From an uncultured Bacteroidales bacterium (GTDB taxonomy: Bacteria > Bacteroidota > Bacteroidia > Bacteroidales > Paludibacteraceae): a stretch of DNA of 64,000 bases. Below, piece by piece: positions 27,624 to 34,294 of this stretch. The translations under genes were made by a program, and so were the position numbers. The stretch is taken from positions 5,824-69,823 of the forward strand of contig CACZVM010000011.1 of assembly GCA_902784585.1 (NCBI GenBank). The letters are read 5' to 3'. Each line of letters starts with the position of its first letter. The first letter of the stretch is position 1. The notes below the pieces were generated by a model. The model did not search any database. It saw nothing but the letters and a program-made list of their open reading frames with translations, and was not told the DNA's origin.

Positions 27624-28814
27624 ATGGCTAGACTGCTGATCATAGATGACGAGCGCGGGATACGTAACACGCTGCGCGAGATACTAAGTGACGAAGGACA
27701 CGAGGTGGATGTTGCCGAGAATGGCAAACAAGGACTGGAGATGGCGCAAGCGAAAGCGTACGACCTGATCTATTCTGACATTAAGATGCCTGAGATGGAC
27801 GGCATGGAAGTGCTTAAAGCGCTGAAGAATGGTGAAAATGATGAAAATGGTGACCAGGTTGACCTGCTTAATGGTGAAGTCCCTATTGTGATGATTAGTG
27901 GGCATGGAGATGTGGAGACGGCGGTGCAGGCACTCAAGTTAGGGGCATATGATTTTCTGCTGAAGCCCCTGGATCTGAATCGTATATTGATCACGACGAA
28001 GAATGCGCTGGAGAGCAAGAGTCTGAAACAAGAGACCAAGCAGTTGCGCAAGCGCGTTGCGGCAAAGGGTCCGCAGATGGTAGGAGAAAGCCAAGCTATC
28101 ACCCGCGTACGCGAGATAATTGATAAGGTAGCGCCGACGGAGGCACGCGTGTTGATCACCGGTCCGAACGGCACGGGTAAGGAAGTGGTGGCTCATTTGA
28201 TTCACGAGAACTCGGCCCGTGCACAAGGTCCGATGGTGGAAGTGAACTGTGCGGCCATCCCGAGTGAGTTGATAGAGAGTGAGTTGTTCGGCCACATGAA
28301 GGGTTCGTTCACCGGTGCGGTGAAGGACAGGGCAGGTAAATTTGAGCAGGCGGACGGCGGCACGCTGTTTCTGGACGAGATAGGCGATATGAGTCTGGCT
28401 GCGCAGACGAAGGTGCTGCGGGCACTGCAGGAGAGCGAGATCACACGCGTCGGTTCGGACAAAGCGATCAAGGTGAACGTGCGCGTGCTGGCGGCAACGA
28501 ACAAAGATCTACAGAAAGAGATCGAGAAAGGTAATTTCAGAGAAGACCTCTTCCACCGCTTGAATGTCATTCCTATTCACGTACCGGCACTGAATGAGCG
28601 ACTGGAAGATATCCCGTTGCTGGTAGATTATTTCGTCGAACAGATATGTGCGGAACAAGGCATTGCGGCCAAGACGTTTGATGACGCGGCAATTAAGGCG
28701 CTGCAGGGGAAAGAATGGACGGGCAATATACGTCAGTTGAGAAACGTGGTGGAACGGCTGATTATTTTGGCGGGCAGTAAGATAACAGCGGAAGATGTAG
28801 AATTATACGCATAA
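27624..28814 (+). CDS. Sigma-54-dependent response regulator (receiver + AAA+), no C-terminal HTH
   Basis: The receiver is LLIIDDE...DIKMPEMDG...VMISGHG. The AAA+ domain has GPNGTGKE, the GAFTGA-like loop (GSFTGAV) and FLDEIG. The ORF ends right after the sensor II region (NIRQLRNVVERL). Confidence 0.85.
   Translation: MARLLIIDDERGIRNTLREILSDEGHEVDVAENGKQGLEMAQAKAYDLIYSDIKMPEMDGMEVLKALKNGENDENGDQVDLLNGEVPIVMISGHGDVETAVQALKLGAYDFLLKPLDLNRILITTKNALESKSLKQETKQLRKRVAAKGPQMVGESQAITRVREIIDKVAPTEARVLITGPNGTGKEVVAHLIHENSARAQGPMVEVNCAAIPSELIESELFGHMKGSFTGAVKDRAGKFEQADGGTLFLDEIGDMSLAAQTKVLRALQESEITRVGSDKAIKVNVRVLAATNKDLQKEIEKGNFREDLFHRLNVIPIHVPALNERLEDIPLLVDYFVEQICAEQGIAAKTFDDAAIKALQGKEWTGNIRQLRNVVERLIILAGSKITAEDVELYA
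27828..27879. repeat. AATGGTGA(A) triple direct repeat inside the receiver-domain coding region
   Basis: AATGGTGAAaatgatgaaAATGGTGAccaggttgacctgcttAATGGTGAA, which encodes NGENDENGDQVDLLNGE. Confidence 0.6.
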
Positions 28815-28855
28815 TTCTTAATTTTTAATTTTTAATTGAATTTAATTTCATTAAA
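28814..28855. repeat. AT-rich heptad micro-array (AATT family) spanning the recF TTG start
   Basis: TTCTTAA TTTTTAA TTTTTAA TTGAATT TAATTTC ATTAAAT. Confidence 0.6.
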
Positions 28856-30008
28856 TATTCTCAACTATCGCAATATACGCGAGGCGAGTTTGGAGTTCAG
28901 TCCGAAGCTCAACTGCTTTGTGGGCTTGAACGGGCAAGGCAAGACGAATGTGCTGGACGCTATTTATCTGCTGAGCTTTGCAAAGTCGTCATTCACCAAT
29001 CAGGACAGCCTGAACATCACCCATGGAGAGGAGATGGCGATGGTTCAGGGCGTTTATAATACAGCCTACCCCCAGCCCCTCCCTGAAGGGAAGGGAGATA
29101 ATCGCACAGTTATCTCTTGTGGACTGCGCAGAGGAGTTAAGAAGCAGTTCAGGAAGGACAAGAAGGATTATCAGCGGTTGATTGATCATATCGGATTGAT
29201 TCCGCTGGTGATGATCAGCCCGAGTGACCAACAGTTGATCGATGAGGGGAGTGACGAGAGAAGGCGGTTTATGGACGTGGTGATCAGTCAGTTGGACCGA
29301 AAATATCTGGATTGCCTGACCAAATACAACGCCCTGCTGAAACAACGTAATGCGCTGCTGAAACAACTTGCGGAGAAGCCTACCCCCGACCCCTCCCTGA
29401 AAGGAGGGGAGATTGCGGAGGATCTATTGGAGGTATTAGAATGGCAGATGGTGGAACCGGCAGAGTATATTTTTAAAGCAAGAACAAAGTTCTTTGAGGC
29501 TTTCAACCCCTATTTTGCGAGGGCATACGCACAGATTAGCGACTCAGCAGAGATTCCGAATCTCCGCTATATTTCTCAGCTCCAAGACCGCGATCTGCGA
29601 GAGGCGTACGTCAAGACGAGGCAACGGGATTTGATACTCGGCTGGACGTCGCAGGGTATCCACAAAGATGACCTTGATATGCGTCTCGGCGAGTACCCGC
29701 TCAAGCAAGTCGGCTCGCAAGGTCAGCAACGCACGTTTGTGTTGGCACTCAAATTGGCACAGGCTTTGTATTTAGGAGAATCAGGAATCGGGAATCAGGA
29801 ATCAAGACAAAAACCAATACTCTTGCTGGATGATATTTTTGACCGATTGGACAGCGAACGGGTAGAACGAATCGTGGAGATGGTACAAGGCGACGATTTC
29901 GGACAGATCTTCATCACCGATACCGACCGCCAGCACCTCACTGATATCCTCCGTCCAAATGAAAATGCGCGCATTTTCCATGTGAACGAAGGAGTAATTA
30001 AGAATTAA
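28836..30008 (+). CDS. recF: DNA replication and repair protein RecF
   Basis: It has Walker A (GLNGQGKTNVLDA), the signature SQGQQRT and Walker B (LLLDDIF). The TTG start is immediately preceded by an in-frame TAA. Confidence 0.85.
   Translation: MNLISLNILNYRNIREASLEFSPKLNCFVGLNGQGKTNVLDAIYLLSFAKSSFTNQDSLNITHGEEMAMVQGVYNTAYPQPLPEGKGDNRTVISCGLRRGVKKQFRKDKKDYQRLIDHIGLIPLVMISPSDQQLIDEGSDERRRFMDVVISQLDRKYLDCLTKYNALLKQRNALLKQLAEKPTPDPSLKGGEIAEDLLEVLEWQMVEPAEYIFKARTKFFEAFNPYFARAYAQISDSAEIPNLRYISQLQDRDLREAYVKTRQRDLILGWTSQGIHKDDLDMRLGEYPLKQVGSQGQQRTFVLALKLAQALYLGESGIGNQESRQKPILLLDDIFDRLDSERVERIVEMVQGDDFGQIFITDTDRQHLTDILRPNENARIFHVNEGVIKN
29067..29102 (+). repeat. 35-bp C/G-rich palindromic element, copy 1, in frame in recF
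   Basis: TACCCCCAGCCCCTCCCTGAAGGGAAGGGAGATAAT, which encodes YPQPLPEGKGDN. Confidence 0.7.
29381..29414 (+). repeat. 35-bp C/G-rich palindromic element, copy 2, in frame in recF
   Basis: TACCCCCGACCCCTCCCTGAAAGGAGGGGAGATT has a perfect 7-bp stem CCCCTCC/GGAGGGG. It encodes TPDPSLKGGEI. Confidence 0.7.
29778..29806. repeat. (GGAATCR)x4 heptad array in frame in recF
   Basis: GAATCAG GAATCGG GAATCAG GAATCAA G, which encodes ESGIGNQESR. Confidence 0.7.
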
Positions 30009-30030
30009 AAATTAAGAATTGAAAATCATT
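29996..30030. repeat. AATT-family heptad array spanning the recF stop and the GHL10 TTG start
   Basis: TAATTAA GAATTAA AAATTAA GAATTGA AAATCAT. Confidence 0.7.
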
Positions 30031-31254
30031 CAACGATACATATTAGTCCTTTGTCTTTTGTCCTTCAGCGTAGCGGTCTTTAGTCAAACGATATCTTTCC
30101 GTGGGGCATGGATAGCAACGGTGGCGAATATCGACTGGCCGACTCCCGAAGCCGTAGGAAACGATTCGCTGCAAAAAGCAGAGATGACGTGGATTCTCGA
30201 TTCGCTGGAGAGTCTGGGGATCAATGCCATCATCTTCCAAGTGCGGCCTACGGCCGATGCGCTGTACAAGAGTGAGTTTGAACCGGTGAGTCACTGGCTT
30301 GCAGGAAAGCAGAGCTTTCCAAATGAAGAATTAAAAATTAAAAATTACGAATTCTGGGATCCGCTTGAATGGACCATTGAGCAGGCACATTCTCGTAACA
30401 TGGAAGTACATGTATGGCTGAATCCGTATCGGGTAAATCTGGCAAAGACAGACACGTCCATGATTTGCGCAGACCACGTCTGGCGCAAGCATCCCGAGTG
30501 GTTTTGGGAGTATAATAAACAATGGTACTTTGACCCGGGATTGGACGTCACACGCGAGTGGATTTGTACTATTGTACAAGACATCGTCACGCGCTATGAT
30601 ATCCAAGCCATTCACATGGACGACTACTTCTACCCGTACCCGGCAGGCGGCAAGCTTCTTCCGGACACCAAGACTTTTGCTGCGCATCCGCGCGGTTTTA
30701 CCGACATCCGCGATTGGCGACGCAATAACGTCAACCTCGCCATCCAGGACATCAGCCGCACCATCCATGAATGCAAGCCGGAGGTGCAATTCGGCATCTC
30801 GCCTTTCGGCGTGTGGCGTAATGCGAAGGTGGATAGCACGGGCAGCGCGACGCAGGCCGGCATCACCAATTACGACGACCTCTACGCCGACATTCGCCTG
30901 TGGATTCAGCGGGGCTGGATCGACTATGTGCTACCGCAACTCTACTGGGAGATAGGCAAACGCGTCGCCGACTACGAAATCCTTGCCCACTGGTGGGCCA
31001 ACGAAGTGCGCGGTACCCGTTGCCGCCTTTATATCGGCATGGCGCCCTATCGCCTTGAGAACGCTTTGCCCAAATCCCCGTGGGGGAAGGGCAACGAGAT
31101 AGGCCGCCAGATGCGTCTCAACCGCACAATCCCCGAGATCACCGGCGAGTGTTTCTATTCAACGAGGCCGTTGTTGCGAAATCCGAGAGGTGTTTGCGAC
31201 ACGATACGACTCATTTACAAAGACGACAGGGCTGAAAATTTACCCTGGGAATAA
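30019..31254 (+). CDS. Glycosyl hydrolase-like 10 (GHL10/DUF187) family protein
   Basis: A signal peptide is followed by FRGAWIATVANIDWP and a TIM-barrel-like pattern. The start codon is TTG. Confidence 0.65.
   Translation: MKIIQRYILVLCLLSFSVAVFSQTISFRGAWIATVANIDWPTPEAVGNDSLQKAEMTWILDSLESLGINAIIFQVRPTADALYKSEFEPVSHWLAGKQSFPNEELKIKNYEFWDPLEWTIEQAHSRNMEVHVWLNPYRVNLAKTDTSMICADHVWRKHPEWFWEYNKQWYFDPGLDVTREWICTIVQDIVTRYDIQAIHMDDYFYPYPAGGKLLPDTKTFAAHPRGFTDIRDWRRNNVNLAIQDISRTIHECKPEVQFGISPFGVWRNAKVDSTGSATQAGITNYDDLYADIRLWIQRGWIDYVLPQLYWEIGKRVADYEILAHWWANEVRGTRCRLYIGMAPYRLENALPKSPWGKGNEIGRQMRLNRTIPEITGECFYSTRPLLRNPRGVCDTIRLIYKDDRAENLPWE
30326..30355. repeat. AATT-family heptad array in frame inside the GHL10 gene
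   Basis: GAAGAATTAAAAATTAAAAATTACGAATTC, which encodes EELKIKNYEF. Confidence 0.65.
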
Positions 31255-31262
31255 AAAATCAC

Positions 31263-31300
31263 AAAAAAATGGCATACAAACTTGCGTATGTCATTTTTTT
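31263..31300 (+). terminator. Intrinsic terminator after the GHL10 gene
   Basis: The 8-bp stem TGGCATAC/GTATGTCA is flanked by A7 and T7. Confidence 0.55.
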
Positions 31301-31312
31301 GTAGTACCTTTG
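31282..31312 (+). promoter_or_regulatory. Promoter for the zeta TA pair
   Basis: TTG is at 31282-31284, inside the loop of the preceding terminator. TACCTTTG is at 31305-31312. Confidence 0.55.
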
Positions 31313-31333
31313 CAGTCGCAAAGGTTTAGAATT

Positions 31334-31489
31334 ATGGATGATTATCGTTTCATAAACATTGATCAGGAGCCGACAGAGGAACAATTGGCACAATTGATGC
31401 ACGAAGTAGCCGTGGAGGCAAAAGAGCGCCACGATCGTGCTCATGCGGCATATTTTGAGCATATACGTCAAATGGCGCAAGCATTATGA
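31334..31489 (+). CDS. Putative antitoxin of the zeta-toxin-like pair
   Basis: A 51-aa acidic helical product, MDDYRFINIDQEPTEEQLAQLMHEVAVEAKERH... Its stop overlaps the start of the downstream kinase (ATGA), and its own promoter lies 22 nt upstream. Confidence 0.4.
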   Translation: MDDYRFINIDQEPTEEQLAQLMHEVAVEAKERHDRAHAAYFEHIRQMAQAL

Positions 31490-32082
31490 GAAAGCCTGTT
31501 TTGATAGTAATCGCCGGCCCTAACGGTTCTGGGAAGACTTCCACCACGCGTTTGGTGATCAAACACGAGTGGGCAGAGCAGTGTGTGTATATCAATCCTG
31601 ACGAGATCGCACAAAGCAAGTTCGGAGACTGGAATGATGTGAATGCCGTGCGTCAAGCGGTTGAGTACTGCGAAGAATGGCGGGAACAACTCTTGCGTGA
31701 GCACAAAGATTTTATCTTTGAAACGGTACTATCTTCCGATGGAAAAGTGGATTTTTTGAGACAAGCGAAAGAAGAAGGCTATTTTATTCGCATGTTCTTT
31801 ATCTGCACCGAATCACCTACCATCAATGCAGCTCGAATAGCAAACCGCGTCATGGAAGGCGGGCACGATGTACCTATTCAAAAGATTATATCACGTTACG
31901 AGAAAGCGATAATCAATGCCATCAAGGTAGCCGGCTTTGCAGATAGAGCATATTTCTATGACAACTCCATCGACAATCAAACCGCAAAATTATTATTCCG
32001 CACCGTTGATGGTAATCTCGCTAAACAATACGTAGAGGCACTCCCTCAATGGACGGAAACAATTTTTGAAACAATACGATAA
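31486..32082 (+). CDS. Zeta-toxin-family P-loop kinase
   Basis: It has the Walker A IAGPNGSGKTS. The size (198 aa) and layout are typical of the Zeta_toxin/AAA_33-like family, and it is translationally coupled to the small upstream ORF. Confidence 0.65.
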   Translation: MRKPVLIVIAGPNGSGKTSTTRLVIKHEWAEQCVYINPDEIAQSKFGDWNDVNAVRQAVEYCEEWREQLLREHKDFIFETVLSSDGKVDFLRQAKEEGYFIRMFFICTESPTINAARIANRVMEGGHDVPIQKIISRYEKAIINAIKVAGFADRAYFYDNSIDNQTAKLLFRTVDGNLAKQYVEALPQWTETIFETIR

Positions 32083-32382
32083 ACCCTCGTCGCTTGCGGA
32101 CGTAAAACAGCAAGGACAAGCGCTGGTGAGCGCTACATAGAAAAAGCGTTTGCTTTATTTGAGGAAACTGTTCATTTCTCGACAACTTGAATTTTGGCTT
32201 TCCCGAATACTGCGAAACGCTCACGTGTTCACGTGGGCTTTTTGCGTATATTGGAGCCAAAAGGGAGTCGAGACCCGAACAAACCAATATAGAAGGCAAA
32301 AAGTTCACGTTTTTGTGTGACCCATATACAATTTATTACTTAAAACCGACGAGGCGATGGGATATAACTGCCAACAACTATA

Positions 32383-32832
32383 ATGAAAAAGATATTGTTT
32401 ATTATTCTGGCTGCGCTGCCACTATTGTTTGCCTCATGCGAAAAAAAGAACGATACGAGTGTGGACAATCCAAAGAGTGATATAGGAGTGGAATGGATTG
32501 TTTATGAAAATAATGGAGAAAATTATGCCCCTTGTATGTATTTTCAAGATGGAAATCTTGTATGCCTTGAGGAAAGTAATGTTATCTGGGATAATTGGGT
32601 TTCATCTGTCGGCAAGGTAAAAAATTTGAAGGATGTCAACTATGTACCATCGGACTGGGGGAAATCAATAAAGATTGAAATAGGTCATGGCTATGTTCTT
32701 AAATACCATGAATCGTATTCTTATACTTGCTTATACACCCGTCTCCGTGTTTTGGAATACATTGACAAAGGAGAAGCAAAGGGTTATAGAATTCGTATTC
32801 AGCAGAAGTGGGATCCTCTGAGAGATGAATAA
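32383..32832 (+). CDS. Hypothetical lipoprotein
   Basis: The signal peptide with lipobox is MKKILFIILAALPLLFASC. The gene is AT-richer than its surroundings. Confidence 0.5.
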   Translation: MKKILFIILAALPLLFASCEKKNDTSVDNPKSDIGVEWIVYENNGENYAPCMYFQDGNLVCLEESNVIWDNWVSSVGKVKNLKDVNYVPSDWGKSIKIEIGHGYVLKYHESYSYTCLYTRLRVLEYIDKGEAKGYRIRIQQKWDPLRDE

Positions 32833-32840
32833 ATTTGCTT

Positions 32841-32904
32841 TGCACAAACGGAAATCCGTTGTGTGCAATGAGACAGTGGCGGCAGAAATGTCGCCGCTGT
32901 TTTT
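32841..32904 (+). terminator. Double-hairpin terminator module T1 after the lipoprotein gene
   Basis: Hairpin TGCACAAACGG-AAA-TCCGTTGTGTGCA is followed by GGCGGCA-GAAA-TGTCGCC (32878-32895) and GCTGTTTTT. Confidence 0.55.
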
Positions 32905-33140
32905 AATGCCGCATGGACTACATTCGCATTTATCGTGTATCGGGCGGGCGAAGCGATAGCGAGACGCGAGGGCGAAGAAATCGTTCGAGCGAAGCGAGAT
33001 AAGAATTGTCCGCACGCAGAGGGCGGACGCGAAGGACGACTACCGCCAACGTCCGAGCTAACAAAAGGAGCGCGGCTCATCCGATGAGCCTGAAAGAGAA
33101 GAAAGACAAGCGGCGGCAGAGATGTCGCCGCCTGTTTTTT
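32905..33140 (+). ncRNA. Candidate structured RNA unit U1 (unclassified)
   Basis: Paralog of U2. It ends in hairpin GGCTCAT-CCG-ATGAGCC (33074-33090), a purine tract GAAAGAGAAGAAAGA, hairpin GGCGGCA-GAGA-TGTCGCC (33112-33129) and a T-tract. Confidence 0.35.
33112..33140 (+). terminator. GNRA-capped terminator hairpin T2
   Basis: GGCGGCA-GAGA-TGTCGCC followed by GCCTGTTTTTT. Confidence 0.55.
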
Positions 33141-33430
33141 CTCGCAACTAACGTTACGAGCACAGGACAAAAAGGCTACACTCCGCATGGCGCCACATCC
33201 GCATTGAGCCTCTTCCGGGCGGGGCGAGACGTTTGGCTATGCTGGAATTTGATTCCAGCGCAATAGACAAAGGCTCGGACGGAAGGAGGCGAACAATGTC
33301 CACATGCAGAGGGCGGAAGCGAGACGCTAAACCGCCTATGCGGCGAGCAAACAAAAAGCGGAGCGGCGGATCACATCCGCCTGAAAGGGAAGAAAGAACT
33401 AGCGGCGGCAGGGATGTCGCCGCTTATTGT
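33141..33430 (+). ncRNA. Candidate structured RNA unit U2 (unclassified)
   Basis: Same 3' module as U1 with compensatory changes. It has hairpin GGCGGAT-CAC-ATCCGCC (33365-33381), the tract GAAAGGGAAGAAAGA, and hairpin GGCGGCA-GGGA-TGTCGCC (33404-33421). Confidence 0.35.
33404..33430 (+). terminator. GNRA-capped hairpin T3 (abuts the stop of the convergent 144-aa gene)
   Basis: GGCGGCA-GGGA-TGTCGCC followed by GCTTATTGTT. The T-tract is weaker than in T1 and T2. Confidence 0.4.
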
Positions 33431-33864
33431 TATCCGAAGGGGCGTTCTTTGCGGATGACGGCGCGGATGAAATTGTCTATGCGGGCATAGATGAGGTAGT
33501 TGCCATCTTTGTCCTTCGGAGCAATTGGATCCGGTGTGCCGTTGAGCTGGGCATAGAAACGGGCTTTATAGCCGTCTAAGAGGGCCTGTTTGTCTGCCGG
33601 AAGGGGCGTTTTGAACTTGAGGGAGTCGATGAGTTCTTTGGCGAAATGTGAAGCTGCACCGAACTGCGACATATTAGCCCGTTCACGGATAAGAGCCGGG
33701 GAAGTCTTGAAATTACGAGGAGCCGGTTTGTACGCCTCCAGACGACCGACTTTGGTTATATTGCCTTCATAGTCCCGAAAATGCTTGCGACGCTCCACCA
33801 ATCCTTCTTTGGAATGTGCTCCGCGCATCTCCAAGATGTCGGGTGTGTGTTTGATTTTAGCCAT
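33430..33864 (-). CDS. Hypothetical protein (144 aa, basic)
   Basis: An intact ORF, MAKIKHTPDILEMRGAHSKEGLVERRKHF..., with its own canonical promoter and a ~135-nt leader. I recognise no motif. Confidence 0.45.
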   Translation of the reverse strand: MAKIKHTPDILEMRGAHSKEGLVERRKHFRDYEGNITKVGRLEAYKPAPRNFKTSPALIRERANMSQFGAASHFAKELIDSLKFKTPLPADKQALLDGYKARFYAQLNGTPDPIAPKDKDGNYLIYARIDNFIRAVIRKERPFG

Positions 33865-33944
33865 ATTTACTATTCGTAGAATTTAGTTAATTCTTAATCA
33901 AGGAGGTCTTTAGTAGCAGTTTATCTGCAGATTACGCCGATAAT

Positions 33945-34000
33945 GACGCACTTATCACGTACTTATCACCAACTTATCACGCACTTATCACGCACTAATT
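33945..34000. repeat. 11-bp periodic repeat (ACTTATCAC core x4) in the leader of the 144-aa gene
   Basis: GCACTTATCAC GTACTTATCAC CAACTTATCAC GCACTTATCAC GCACTAATT. Confidence 0.75.
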
Positions 34001-34005
34001 TTGCG

Positions 34006-34036
34006 CAAAATTACTACATTTTTTCGGTTTTTGCAA
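34006..34036 (-). promoter_or_regulatory. Promoter for the 144-aa gene 33430..33864
   Basis: On the minus strand TTG is at 34034-34036 and TAATTTTG at 34006-34013. The -7 box is half of the perfect palindrome TAATTTTGCGCAAAATTA. Confidence 0.5.
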
Positions 34037-34208
34037 GAAAAAACGACCGATTTTTTAAGCATTCTATACTATATTATATATAAAATATATAATATACATA
34101 TTGCAGGCTTTTTTGAGAAAGAAAGAGGGACTCGCAACAAAAGTTACGAGCACGGGACGAAGAATTGCGATAAAATATACTATTTTTAATAAAAAATAGC
34201 GTAAACTC

Positions 34209-34239
34209 TTGCACATGTCAAAAAAAAGCAGTAACTTTG
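34209..34239 (+). promoter_or_regulatory. Promoter for the NifU-like/GGGtGRT operon
   Basis: TTG is at 34209-34211 and A8-GCAG-TAACTTTG at 34232-34239. Confidence 0.6.
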
Positions 34240-34294
34240 CACCGCAAAATGTGTGAAACATAAATTTTTAAACAAACAATACATTTAATCTAAC

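Noticed and set aside
33006-33490. ORFs 33006..33266 and 33233..33490 (85-86 aa) in the RNA-unit region
   Set aside because: They are extremely Arg/Lys-rich and have no start context or promoter. The two repeat units differ by indels that would not preserve a reading frame. A non-coding interpretation fits better.
33996-34003. Plus-strand TAATTTTG box as a promoter firing toward 34295
   Set aside because: It has no TTG at the -33 position (offset 23). The NifU-like gene has its own full-consensus promoter at 34209-34239. The box is the mirror half of the minus-strand promoter palindrome.
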